A stretch of DNA of 64,000 nt from Psammoneis japonica. Lineage: Eukaryota. Below the pieces are notes generated by a model. That model saw nothing but the letters and a program-made list of their open reading frames with translations, was not told where the DNA came from and did no database searches. Positions 50,740-64,000 of this stretch are shown here, in pieces (the stretch's first letter is position 1; the number at the start of each line of letters is the position of its first letter). Position numbers and translations under genes: made by a program. Location of the stretch: positions 555,138 to 619,137 of the forward strand of contig QPGO01000006.1 in assembly GCA_008632985.1 (NCBI GenBank), written 5' to 3'.

Positions 50740-53560
50740 ATTTTTATTTTGGCCGTGTGTTGGAAGGAGCCCAACTTGGACCACATGTGAAAAAAGAATG
50801 TTTGGAAATTGAAAAAAAATCAGGGGTGTTTTGGTGAAGCCTTCATCTCATTTGCACAAGGGCTTAAAGTTTGCTTCTCATTGCTCTCTTCAAGGTTGCT
50901 GCAGTCATCATCATGCATCCTCAGTGTCCTCATCAAGCTCACACAAATGTTCTCTCAGAGGGTCCACATCAGGCAATGATGAGTGTTTTGCTCAATTGAA
51001 TGTGAAAAGAATGTGGCTTGTCAGAGGGAGAAGAGAAGTTTTGCACTGAATGTGGGAGCTCAAACAATGGCCAAATCTTCATGTGCTTGGCTGAAATCCT
51101 GAGTGGGCAGATGATGTGTTGCATGTCTTAAGTGACATCATAAAAGTGCTTGGCCTGCTGGGCAGTGCTGGAATGTTGGCTTCTTCCCAAATTGGGCTTC
51201 AGCATTCTTGCAAAACTTGTGAGAAAAGACAAGATTCAATGACAAGATTGTGAGTCAAACTGGGTGTTGTCATCACACTTGCAGTCATCATGCACAACAA
51301 GAAAATCTGTGGCAGCATTGGCTCAATGCTCACACTCGGCAATGACTTCCTCACAACTGCAAATCTGTGCAGGTGAGCAAAGAGGCTGATGACCTTAGAG
51401 CAAAGTCTCTTGACCAAAAAAATTTCCATGCTGCCCATGCTTGTGAACCAAGAATGCACAAATGATCTGCACAAAATGTCTCTTGTCGAGCTTGCTGAAC
51501 TTGTCCTTTTGGGCAGCTCCAAATTGTGCCGCCAAATTTGATGCATTGGGGCCATCACAAATGCCACAGAGTTGACCACACTTGATGTGAGGCAAGATCT
51601 TCTTATTGTGCTGCAACTGGCTCTGGCAGAAATGCAAGCTGCAAGACCCCGTTGGGGTTTCAGCTTGCACTCTCACCACTGGCAAGGACAAGGGGGTGGT
51701 TGCACAATCCACCACTGCATCTTGGAGGTGGCACCAGCAGCAGCAAAGGAGGATGGGGCAGTGTGATGGTTGATGTGGATCATGTTGACATTGGGAAAGA
51801 CCTGTGGGTTGCATGATCCCTGGAGCCTTGAACAATGCACTGCCTTCTTCCTCGACACAAAACAGCAGCACCAAAATGGAAACTTGACAATCATTGACAG
51901 ATGCAGAAAACCTGTGACATCACTTGAGGCACAGCCCTTGATGGGTGGGAGACTGGCAGAGAGTCAAAGAAACTCAAGCAGGGTTTTTTTGGATGATGAG
52001 CTGAGCGGCACAGCAGGCTGTCCGATCACAACAATGCCTCAAGAAAATGATGCCCTGCCAGGGCCATCCACAGAAGAACTGTGTTGTGGTGTGTGAACAT
52101 GTCCAAGCTTGTTGACAATGAACAGAGCTCCATTGCAGCAGAAAAGTGCTGGCACATGAGCACACGCTTGTGTGGGCAAGCACGCTCCTCTTGCTGCAGC
52201 AGATCTGTGTCTCTGTTGCACGACATCATCTCACCAACTTGCTGATGCCATTGCTGATGGTGCTCAAATGTGCTCCTTGCAATTTTGAAGCTGATGCCCT
52301 CTTTGCTGTCCCCCTCCCAATTTTCCCACAACACTCAGCCAGCGAAAACCTTGGGGGCAGAGCAACTTTCCTTGCATGGCTGAGGGCTGAGCAAAGCAGC
52401 AGAAAAAGAGTCAAGGAGCACAGGAGTGAGGCCAGGTGCACCCTAAGAGGGTGTTCTCATTGGTGTGCAACATGCCAGGAAAGGCTTCAGGCTGCAGTCT
52501 ACAGCTGCCCAGAAGTGATGCTGTGGTGTGAGCAGAAGTGCGACATCTCAGTGGATCGCATCATTCCTGCTTAGATGCAGGGATCTCCATCAGGTCATGA
52601 GCAACGCTTGCACAGACATGCAAGCAAGGCTCCTCTGCCACTGCCGACAACACATTTTCCTCTCGTTTTGTCATCGACAACACCGGCAGAGAGTGTTTGC
52701 ATCGCAAACTTTGCCGCTCTGTCAACGACAACGACGTCCGCGCATTGGACGCTGATTCACGCCATTGCCATTTGTTTTTGCAGCTGCTTGCGTGGGCATC
52801 AGCACACCTTCTACGTGTGTCATGATCTCCTTGGGTCTGTGCCACAGAGATCCGATGCATGCTGCCCCCACGTGGTGTGACGACATCGATTTTTATTTTC
52901 ATTGTCGATCACCATGGCGCCTGCCAACAGCACCCGTTCGAAAACGGCATCCTCTTGGCAGGACACTCTGTCATCACTCAAGGCCACCACATCACCTGTG
53001 TCAGCCGATGACTCCCCAGTCTCTCCTCCTCCGGCAGAGACTGACCTTGCGTCCACTGGTGATGCAACGGCAGAGGACACTTCGGTGCCTCACAATGCGC
53101 CCCCACGGCAGAGGACGCAATTGAGGCTGAAGCCACACTGGCGGCGAACATCACTGCTCCGGAAGCTGATGCAAGTCCTGAACAGATGAACACCGCCAAA
53201 TCTGCATTGGAGCAGCCGACGCTGCCAGTGCTCCCAAGCTTGCCTCCATGCTTGCCGCCTGCCCCACCTCCTGAATGGCCTCACACACGCCTCCTGGCAC
53301 TCTCCCGCCACCTGAGGAACCTCCCGACCCTCCACACTCACCTCCGACATTGACACAGGCTCTCCTCAAGATGCGTGAGAGCAATCTCACATCAGCTGTT
53401 GCCCGCATCCATGAACATGAGCGGGCACTGGACGCATCTGCGGAAGAGGTTTCCAAGCCAAAGCGGGAGAGCCACGCGGACTCCGTTCGGTCACGAATGA
53501 TCATGCCTCGGCCATCACGGACCTCAAACATGCTCGTGACTTCGAGCTCCTACGTACCGA
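50740..53560. repeat. TA-depleted repeat domain: older CG-poor part to about 52500, younger CG-retaining part 52550-53560 (possibly LTR plus gag-like)
   Basis: Composition; Pro/Ser-rich broken ORFs at 52902-53577. Confidence 0.5.
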
Positions 53561-53998
53561 GGTCCAGACCCAGCTGAAAGCAACTTAGATACAGGGATCT
53601 CTATCACGACATACAGCTGATGCGTCACTCGGTTCGTACGTGCACCCAATCGCGTCGCGTGCCGCATGAACTAGCCCTCTATGTATCGCGCATTCGTCTT
53701 CAGTCTGGCGCGTCATTGGTACTTACCGAAGTGAGCAGGACTGGCCATTAAAAACATACAGTATTTATGTTGGAAAATCTTATTAACAGTATTCATCAAT
53801 ATATTTTGAAACACATTACATACACATGTAGATAGTAACAAATCTTGGATATGTATATATTTTAAAAAATACAACGTCTGCGCTGTACTGTACCCGGTGC
53901 ACACCGACTGGAAACAAGCAAACATCACACAAAATGCGAAGAGTGTAACCTACCGTATCTTTGTTTGATTGCAGAAGTAGTCTATCTTAACCGGCACC

Positions 53999-56900
53999 AT
54001 GAGGCTTGCTACGACCTTCTTGATCGTGCGCTTTGCCCATCTGGTGCTTAACCCGTACCGGGTGCTGCTGAATCCATGGCGCCGATGCGAACATGGAAGA
54101 AGAAATTTTCGGTGACCAAGAAGAAGCTGAGTATTGGCACCGTTTCATGGAAGATGAACATTCGGTGACCCGAACAGACATCCTGCCAAGCAAGAAGAGG
54201 CTGAGTATTGGCACCGTTCATTGAGGCAGACGCCAACAGTCTCAGTATGTCCAAGCCGACAGTCAGGTATGTCCGGGAAACGACCGACCTTTGTCATTCC
54301 ACCGAATTCAATGCTAACTTTCTCTCAACTCGTGTGTTGTAGCCCGCGGCCCACGTCGAGCCCTGCACCGTCCTCAGAACCGTCAACAAGCTCGCAGCCG
54401 ACGGTCAGCCAGGCACCGTCTACGTCCTCAGAACCGACAGCAACCTCGCAGCCGACGGTCAGCCAAGCACCGTCTCCTGCACCATGTTTCGTGAATGTAA
54501 CCGATCTCGACCTTGTATTCCATCGGCTCTACGATGTTGTTGAGGTTTTCGGGACCAACGAGATCTTGAACCAGAAGATTCCTTTTGTTGGGTCGTCGAT
54601 GAATACACTCATTGGTGGACACAATAGCACTATTGATGCCGTTCTTGATTTACGGGACTTTGTGGAAGAGGTGTTGATGGATACGCCTGATGGCCTCCTT
54701 ATGTGCGACGACTTCGAACGTCGACTGGGTTCCTACCTTGCACGAGATGGAACTATTTCATCACACCCTTCATCCTTTTGTGATGGCATGAACGGCCCTA
54801 TTGTCCTTGAACAAGGTGAAACAGGTTTTCCTCTCTTTTCAAGTTTTATCCAGATTGACTTTTGCTCTGTTATTGATTTCAACAGAGCTTACACCCTAGA
54901 CGGCACTGGGCTTTTTCGAGCCGTTGGAGAGTGTATTGAGCTTGAAACCAATGCAACGCAGCAAATCCCTTCAAGACTCAAGTTTGGTGCTAGTTTGTCC
55001 ATCTATCCCCAACTGCCATTACAAACATCACGATCGACCCCCTCGAGGCATCACTCAGTTTCACCGGCACGCCAGACCTGGATCTATACTTGGGGATGTT
55101 GAATCTGGATTGTAAATCCGATGCTGCTGAAGCCTTCGCCAGCTACACTCTCACCTTTTGCGAAGCAAACTGTGGTCTTCTTGGAATGCAAATCGAAGAA
55201 GACGCCTCCTTTTACCTTATGGCTGGTGGGAACTATACAATTGATGGCGTTTGTGAGGTTGGCGACCCATTCCCCGGAGTGAAACTCAGTGGCGAAGAGG
55301 GAGGCTCGACGCCGTTCAGTATCGTTGAGGACGTTATCTACTCGTCGACTGCACAAGTGGATGTACCCGGCTTGAATGTTGATGATTTCTTGGTATTTTG
55401 TCCAATCAATGCGCTTTCTCTTCTTCGAGCAATGGATAGCACTGTAATACGGACTGCGCAGAATGATGCGACGGACTTGAACCTACCTCTGACGTCTATT
55501 TCGTACAGCGAATCGCTCCGAACAGGTTCCGTTATTATCAGTCAGCTTTGGCCGCGCTTTCTCAAAGTGCAGGACTTTGTCGATCGTCCGAGTGGAAGTA
55601 TAAAGCTGAATGCCCGGAATGCCTTCAATGCAACAAGCGGCGACTTCAACAGGACAAATATCACGGTGGAGTTCTACTTTGTTGAGGAGGAACTGATAGT
55701 AGACCCCGAAGATAGTTCCGCAGTGAGAAATCTTGCCAACCAAACTGATGGGGTTTGCACCTTCCAGTTAGCGGTACCCGAAGAGGATCAACTGATGGAC
55801 AATGCTGACTTTGTCGATTTGCTTATCACAGGAATTAATAACATGACCTGTAGCGTTACTGCATGCATGGTAGACACCTGCAGGGTCGAAAACACCACGG
55901 AGACAGAGGAATACTTTGCCTGTGATGACCCAGCTTGTGACGTTGTGATTGGTATAGATGAAGCAGATCAAGAGAACGAAGAGGATCTCGTGTTTATTGC
56001 TACTGTAGCCTATAGTGGGGATCAGGGAGTTGGGCCAAAGGACGTGCAGTTGATTGGCCTCTACGAAGACTTGAGTGAATTGGAAGGACCGACGTCCCTC
56101 TTTGAGTTTCCATTGAACCAGCCAATTACACCTGGCGTAGTTCCCCGCTTCCGAACCCTTCACGATCTTTCGGAGCGTGTCAAGGCAACGGTACAAAGCT
56201 TCAACCTAACAGACGTCGACATGGTCTTCTCTTACGTTGAAGAGACTGTGGATCCAAGCCGCTTTGAAGTCAGCCTAGTCTTTCAACGAGAGGCCGAATT
56301 CAACATCCGACTCGATACTACTGGTAGTCTGGGAGACTTGGAAAACATACGACGAGTAGCCAACGTCAATGAAAGCTCGATCAGTGCATCTGTTGAAGCA
56401 GAACACACAGCGAATCTCACAGTTATCCTTGGGCCGAACGAGAATGAAAGTCTGGTCGTGTTTGGAAGCGTCTGTACCAATCTTGACATGGACGTGGAGG
56501 ATAAGACTACTTGTGACGTTACGGCACTGAGTTTGCTGCTTGAATATGTCACTCCCGATGGCAATACATCCACATATTTGACTCTTGACGACGGAACTGG
56601 CGTCAAGCCCGCGGATGTGCTTGGGTCGAAATTTCCTAGCATTGCAGATGTCATCCAGCCACGCAACGAGTCTTCTCTATTGGTCATCAAGTTTGATCCG
56701 TCCGTAAGCCAGGTAAGACTCTGGAATGAAAAGGACTGCGTGGACTTTTCGACAGGCGAGGAGGTTACCGTTCCGGCGCAAAGAGGTGGATTCGTTTGCG
56801 ATAATGATCAGAGGGTGCAATTAAAAAATGAGAAAAATGACTATGGCCTACAAGACCAAGATCTGGTTCGAAGACCGTTTCAAATTGCAGTCAGACAGGG

Positions 56901-59900
56901 CTCAATCGACGCAAATTTTCGAGTTGAGGGGCGTGAGGATGTTGTTGCCACTGTCGGTCCGGGCTTCGTGGAGCTAGAAACGGACTTAGACTTGATGCTT
57001 ACTGGAGATTTGAGCTTGTCAGTTGGTACGGGTGGCTTGATGTTATTCTGCGATTGGCTTATTGCGGTCGCGTCCATTCTTCGTGAGGAAGACGAAGGGT
57101 ACATCGAGGGGTTTATGGACATTTCATCTACGTTTAATTCAGATACTTTTTCAGGAGCAGTCAGACTAGCCCCTCCATTTGATGACTTTGAACAAGCCGT
57201 ACAACCTGGTTCTTTCGAGCCTTTTGCTGTCGACTTTATTGGGAAGATCAATACTCCTTCAGTTCTTTTCGGCGTCGATCTCCCTGGAGGTATCCCTAAG
57301 TTGTCTTTCGATAATTTAGTTGATAGTCTCCAAAGGGCAGTGAAATTTCTTATTGGCGATGGGACTGTCCAGTCCTGTTCGGGTGGCTTGCTAGGCATTG
57401 ATCTGGTTGCCAAACAAATCCCGAGTAAGTGTTAGTGTATGCTCAGAAAATATCGAAATGGTAGGCCATGAATTGCGTCTGACACATTGAAATGTTTTCG
57501 TGGCTTATCAGTTATCGGGGCCAGTGGTTGCGATGCGGCTCGCTTTTTGCAGGTACTCGTTGACGCTGTCAATGTACTCACAGAAGAAATGAATCTCGCT
57601 GACTTAATTGATGATGCAGTCAACGACACCGTTGACGACGTATTTGAAATGGTCGCTAGAGAGAGGGGACTCTCCACTATCAGCAGCCTCTCCTCCATTC
57701 AGAATAAGCTGGAGACGATGCTTTCTGATGGCATTGGGCACCCAAGAGTAGAAATGAACGCTACCGACTCTCTTCTACTGCTTCAGCTTGAGCTTGGATG
57801 GGAATTTAGGGAGGTTGAGTCCTTCAATATCAATCTAGCTGATATCCTTTCCGGCGAAGTTGGTATGGCGGCAGAACCTCTTGGCAAAGCACTAGCTGCA
57901 GAACTTCTTGGCAAAGCACTAGTGCCAGCAAACGGCGATGCTGCCGGTATGGCTGAAGTCAGTGGAGGCCTGACCTTTCGGCTTGCTTTACGGGTTGAGT
58001 ATGATTCTACTACGAGTAAGGTGAACACCTACATTGGAGGAGGCTCTATTTTCACTTCTTTTTTTTCAGCGAATGGTACATTTGACTTCGAACCTGACAT
58101 AGGGCCTTTTTCGGCTAGTGTTGATGGTAGTTTCCTTGTCGGGAGTGATTCTACTCCGCTGCAGCTGGACATAAGTCTTTCTGACGGAGAGTTTGTCCAG
58201 CTTGATGAAACCGGTAGCCTTGTCGGACCAGAGCTCGAAGCGTCGTTTTCTGGACCGCTCAGTTCGGAAATTGGCATTGATGTGCCATTTCCTGGATTTG
58301 GGGCGAACGTCTCGTTTGAAATTCAAGACCTGGGCCAATTTCTTCGAGAGCCCCCCGCAGGGATGACTTATCAATTCACGGCCGATGATGAGATAAACAT
58401 TCCAGACCTTTTTACGCTTCTACTTTCCCAGCGACATAGATTCGTTGACGCTTTGGACGACGTATTTAGAATCATTGAAGCTGCCGTCTTTGGTGAAGGT
58501 GGTGCTGTGTCTACTTTTAGACTCCCGTTTATTCGGGGTGGGCTTGGGAGCGCACTAGGTGCTGGCACTGATAACAACATTTTTGCTCGTGTCCGCAGAG
58601 ACATAATACCAAAAATGAGGGATACTCTCAATGAAATTGACAATGTCGAGGATGTTGTCAATGTTATACAGGACTTGCTTCGGGACGCATTGCAGGACGC
58701 TGAACTGATCAATGGGCTTGTCTCGACTCAATGTTTCGATCGAAATGCTGATGCTGCAAATAATAATGTAAGCTGCACTGAAGGCAACCCAACATCTGTT
58801 ATGTGGACCATTCCATTTGAGCAGGAACTGGTTCAGCGGTTCCCTCTTGACTTCAGTCTAGACGAAGGCTTTCCGCTAGAAATAAGAGTGGATGACAATG
58901 ACGAAGATGGTTATGGTTCTGGGCCATCTCTCGAAGTCTTGTGGCAGTTCAAATTTGCTTTTGGCTATGACGACAGGGAAGGGTTCTTTCTTCATACCTT
59001 CCCAGTGGAGGATGGATCTGAGCTGGCCATCAAGGCAGCTTTGAATATTCCAGACCTCGACGTCAGTGCTTCTCTATTTTTCCTAACTGCCAGCTTGAAT
59101 GGTGACTTATCTGTGGGCGCAGGTGTATTTGTGGACATTTTGACCGGTGATGAGCAAAGCTCTGGGGGAGGTCGTGTCACCCGGGGCGATTTTCAGAGTA
59201 TGCGCGACAAGAGTGGACTGTTCAGAATAAGTGCCTTGGCTGGTGCATCTCTCGATACTGATATCTCTTTGGGGCTGGAAGTTACAGGTGACGAATTTAA
59301 GAAAGTAGAGCCGTGGATTCCAACCTTAGATTTGAAGCTCAAGGCTCGTTTCCGAAGAGAGGTTGGATCGGTGAATGGCACAGACGCAACGTTTCTTGGA
59401 TTTGACGAAGCAGAATACGCTCAGGACGTTGCGGAGCTAACGGAAATTGGTTTAAATTTGAAAAAGATATCTGAATTTGTTCGGGGTATCCTCGACGAAA
59501 TAGCGAGTGACGGACAGGGATATCTAGATAAAGTTGTACAGCCGGTGAAACCGCTCAACGACCCATTGCCGGGGATCTCAGACGTTGCTGGAACGGATAT
59601 CACCGTGCTAGACATTGCTCAGCAATTTATTGGGGACAAATCTGGCGTCAAAACAGTCCGCAAGATTCTTGAGATCTACGAGAAGGTCAAAAATTTGTAC
59701 AATCAGTTCCTTAATGACACGGATATCATTGTACTTGCGGACAGGTGCGATCTGCTTGACAATTTCAATTGCTCTGGTGGCCTGAAGGATGCATTAGCTC
59801 GACGAAACACCACCGATCAACGCAGCCTGCAATCCTGTGAGCCACCAGATTCGGTTCTGTGTGTTGCACAACGACTCAAAGATAGGGCTGACTCCGTCGA

Positions 59901-62900
59901 TGGATTGGCATTTCCAATCTTGCAGCAGCCACTTGATGCTCTTAATCTGCTGCGGGGAGGCGACATTGTAAGTTGAAGTGGAAGAGGGAGGTTTGAAGAG
60001 TTTGATCCAAATGGCTTACACACCTTATATCATTCTTTGTGCCATCAGAAACTAGTCACGTTTGTGGCTCCAACAGTGGTATTTGCGTTTGAATACGAGT
60101 TCCAGGTGACAGTGTAAGTTCCACGTGACTAGTCCGTATGGCGTTCTGTTGTGTTTCATGACCCTCACCCCTCCTTTCCTATATATTATCTTCTTAGCTG
60201 GACTCCACCAACGGTGAAACTGGGCGTTGGATTCGAATTCGTTGCTGCCCTGAAAGTTGGTGTCGCGTTAGACTCCAAAGGCATCCGTGAAGCAATAGAG
60301 CAGAAAGCCCCGAAGAAGTTGATAAACAGTTTTGGCCTACTTGATAAATTCGAAGGCGTTGACAAGCCAATGATAAAGCTGACTGGCACCGTCTATGTCA
60401 TCGTTAGTGTCAGCGCTGGATTTATTGAGATCGGAATTTCCGGAGGCATCCAATTTATTGCAACGATTGATTTGTTTGATCCGAAACCACAGCAGTCAGG
60501 AGGATTGGTACGTCCTTATGAGCTGCTTACTGCTGGATCGTCGCCATTAGATTGGTTTGAATTCTCCCTTCGAATCAAGGTCTTCGTTAGGATATACATC
60601 AAGATCATTATCGATTTATTTTTTGGCAAGATTACACTCTTCTCGTACTCCAAGACGTTCACGACAGAGCTGATTGATCCCTTGGTTTATACGCCCCGTA
60701 TTTCTGGATCCGGAGTATCCCTGGATGTCTCAAGTGGGCTACTGCAGCTCCCATCGGCTGGCGACAAAGCTCTGGTTTGCACAAGCTTGTCCGGAAGCGT
60801 GGGAAATGAGATGATCGAATGTGTTTCAGGGGGGACGGCTTTTGACTCTTTTTCGAATGTAAAGCAGATTGGCGATCTCATTGACGGAGCAGGGTCTCGT
60901 AGAAGGCTGGAGGATGCTAAGGACATCAGACTGCAGGGTATCCAGTCAGCAGCTGTTTTTAGTGTCCCGTTGAATGAGCTTGGCCTTGACTATTCAGCAA
61001 ATGGTGCAGATTTACTGGATTCGGTGCTAGTTGGTGAGTCACAGGTATTTGCTGGCCCAATCTCCGTGAGTTTTACGCAGCTTTCATCGGGTAAAATTGT
61101 ATTTCCTCAGCCGGAGGAGCAATTACTGGTAACAACATTTGGCGATTGTAGGCATGATTGGGTGTTAGAAGGACATTCTAATCTGAGGGTGAACGCGAAC
61201 GAGGTTAAAGCAGGGTGCGAAATACATGCGGGAGGAGGAATGTACACCAAAGCACAGTTAGTGATCGACTTCGGCTTCGAAGACATGGCTGAATGTAGTA
61301 ATGGCAACAAAGTTGTTGTCTCTGCTGTTTCAACTGATGTGGGAGATGATGAAGGCGATCAAAAGACACGCGTTGTGATTTCACGTCCAGATCTGGACGA
61401 GGACGTGATAATTAATGTCAGCCCTGTGTTTTCCGATTTGCAGATCAGAATGTCTGAATGCAATGATGAAGTTCTTGTAGAGGGAGTAGCCGTGCAGGGC
61501 TTAGAACGTGTATGCCCCCCAGAAACAACGCGTCCGTCTCCTGCGCCTACTCCAGTCGTAGTAGAACGACGAAAACTTGACGAGGGAATGGTAATTGCTC
61601 CTTTTTCTCGAACCTGTCCGGTTAGTTCAGGCTCAGTTTCCATTTACGGCGGTGGAGGAAACGACAGTTTCACCATTGGAAACACACGAAATGGACTTGA
61701 CGAGCTCGCTAACAAAGTCGACGTTGTAGTTGATGGGGGCGCTGGCATTGATAGTTTGCTCGTGGAGGACTCTGCTGGTTCCATTGCAATAGGAGCTGTT
61801 GGTCAGATGAACTCTGGCACCGTGGGTCGCCGTGGAAGCATTATCGATCCTGAATCATTTGATTGCAAATGCTGCTGTTTCGTCAAGGTGGATAATCCTT
61901 TTCTGTACTACGTCAGGATGGAAAGCTTGGAAATTTGCTTAAGTGAAATGACTTCCTTCTTCACTGTGGAATCAACGGCACCAGGATGTCGCACGATTGT
62001 GAAACCAAATAAAAATGAAATCCGAATTAATGCACAGGACGATATGGATGTGTCCGGCGGAGACAGCAACGAGAAATTTATAGTGGTTGCCCGCGAGGAT
62101 GGAGAGAACTGGCCAACCGTGGATACTTCCCTCGGAGACGGGATTGAAAGAGTTTATGTGATAGGAGTCCCAAAGGGTAAGAGCCTCACCATTCGTGGAG
62201 GCGATGGCAATGACGAACTTTGGCTGGGTGCCACGGGCGAAAACCCCGAGGATCCAGTGATTCCTCTAGTGTCGAATAGCTTGCAGTGGATTGGGGGAGC
62301 TGGCAACGACATTGTGCATGCATTCTTTACGGCCGAAGGCGTATACGATCTTGAAATTCTCGAAGATTCCGATGGAATCAACACCGCAGAAATCGCTTGT
62401 GTAGACACTGCGTGTGCAATTCGGAGTACGGAAGACAGCATAGCAAGCATGCGTGCTACAACGAACTTAACAACATATGCCGAGAAAATCAGCATTCAAA
62501 TGGAATCGGCTTACGTTCATGCGGTAGTGTTGCGGTTGGCCGCCAACGAAACCAGCGAGGTGCATTTCGACGATACGTTTGCTGTAATGGATGTTATTGG
62601 CGGAACAGAGGCCGATAGTGAGTGTATCTTATGCATTTGCGTCCTTTAGCAAACCTGCATTGTGCTCACCTTCCCCCGTTGTATGCGTTTTTCAGTGTTC
62701 TTCGTTGGGCTAAGATACGACTCACCAGAGACCGACGATGCCCCAGCGGATTTGTTGAGTACAACTGACGGATATCTCTCCAATGGAAACTCTCATCCCA
62801 TCACGATTAACGGTGGCGGAGGCAACGATGAGTTCACAGTACGCCGGAACACTCAAGTCCTTGATCTAAACGGCGACTCCGGTGACGATACACTGATTGT

Positions 62901-64000
62901 TGAATCGTCGCTTGCTTCTCCTGGAACGGAGATGCCAGACTATGTTGTTAACTCGTTGGTTGATATGAGTGGAGGCACTGGAAAGGACTCCATCTTCATT
63001 GTGGTGAAGAGGGAAGAGGATTACGTCGCGACACCCAAGGAAATTCTTGGTGGTGGCCTGTCGATAAAGTATAAAACCATCGAGGCGCTGAATGTCGGAG
63101 CAAATGAGCAGATCACGGTTCTATCGATGGATCAAGATCAAGTCTTGCGACTTTTGTCGCCAGATGGATCAGTCGTGCCCAACTCAATCAATCCTCTGAG
63201 TATCGATCCAATCATCTCCAAGAATCTCCGTGGGCACCGTGGAATCATACAGCATGAGGTATCAAGTGACGATCCCGCCTACAACAACCTATACGTGGAG
63301 GGAGTCGCATTCAACGTGCTCGATAACGACGGCGACTTTGCATACATCGGCATCCTGCAGTCAGAAGAGTTCCATCTTATGAATGAAGATGGAGTTGGCC
63401 GCTTTGAAATCTCTGTTTATCCAACTCGAGAGCCAAATGGCACCGTGGCTGTTGATCTAGTTGCGCCAGCGGACGTGGATGGAAACCAGATGCTTCAGCT
63501 GAACGGCGCGACTACTGCTGCAATCACGCTAATATTCGACAGTACGCAGCCGCAGCAGGTCGAGGTCTCTTACAAGACTAGCAGTGCGCCGTTGGAAGTT
63601 ACAGAGCGTGACCTCATGATCAAGATATTATTGAACACGGACTCGACGACCGACGAACGGTTTATCACAACCAAGCAGTCTATCCTACCCATCCACATTA
63701 CGCTCATTCCGGGCACCAATTCTGAAATGGCAAAGTCTGTTACTATTTCCAAGTCCGTTGAAGACTTGTTTGTAGTGGAAGATTCGAGCGTCACTGGGCC
63801 ATTGACTGACTCTTATGACTTGATCTTGCGCCCGTGTCCCGGTTCCGAGACTGCCCTAAATGGCGCATTGCGCATTGGAGTCTCAGATGTTACCCAAGAG
63901 GGGCAGGTTCGGCTCAATGGTCAACTTGATGAGCTTGAAATCTCCTACAACGACTGGGTGAATGCAGATGATTGCATTGTGACTGTCACTGTCAAAGCGG
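53999..64000 (+). CDS. Giant (about 3000 aa or more, runs off the window) secreted or surface protein with RTX-like GGxGxD calcium-binding repeats; multiple introns
   Basis: Long acidic ORFs joined by GT-AG introns (about 54267-54341, 57425-57551, 59968-60048, 60113-60197, 62618-62695); YGGGGNDSF, DGGAGIDSL, RGGDGNDEL, IGGAGNDIV, NGGGGNDEF, NGDSGDDTL. Confidence 0.8.

Noticed and set aside
51200..52340. RecQ-like helicase relic (KCGQLCGICD)
   Set aside because: Cys residues are inflated by the mutation pattern, and no helicase motifs were confidently recovered.
1..64000. Prokaryotic systems (CRISPR array, operons, prophage, defence island)
   Set aside because: The sequence is eukaryotic with introns; no regularly spaced repeat-spacer array or cas-like ORFs were seen.

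Overview
Eukaryotic nuclear DNA, most consistent with a pennate diatom (short GT-AG introns, bipartite plastid-targeting presequences, CoDi-like Copia relics). About 16 host genes alternate with sharply bounded repeat-derived domains. The host genes include a sulfotransferase-like protein, a SET protein, a PhyH-like dioxygenase, a 2Fe-2S ferredoxin, presenilin, a beta-propeller membrane protein, phosphatidate cytidylyltransferase, a nucleotide-sugar transporter, a bacterial-type hydrolase, an HMG-box factor, an NDK and a giant RTX-like protein. The main signal is that the transposon-derived domains have lost most TpA dinucleotides by TA->TG/CA transitions, the reverse of fungal RIP. Conserved Tyr codons become His or Cys in Gypsy, Copia and DDE-transposase sequences. 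The two 425-bp LTRs of one element differ only by transitions, nearly all at TA or CG sites. CpG is still abundant in the younger elements, and the surviving TAs are mostly YTAR. This suggests a repeat-targeted, DNA-level A:T->G:C mutagenesis system separate from CpG deamination. Many host genes carry 1-bp frameshifts, probably assembly indel errors, so short-read validation is needed. All counts are manual and approximate.
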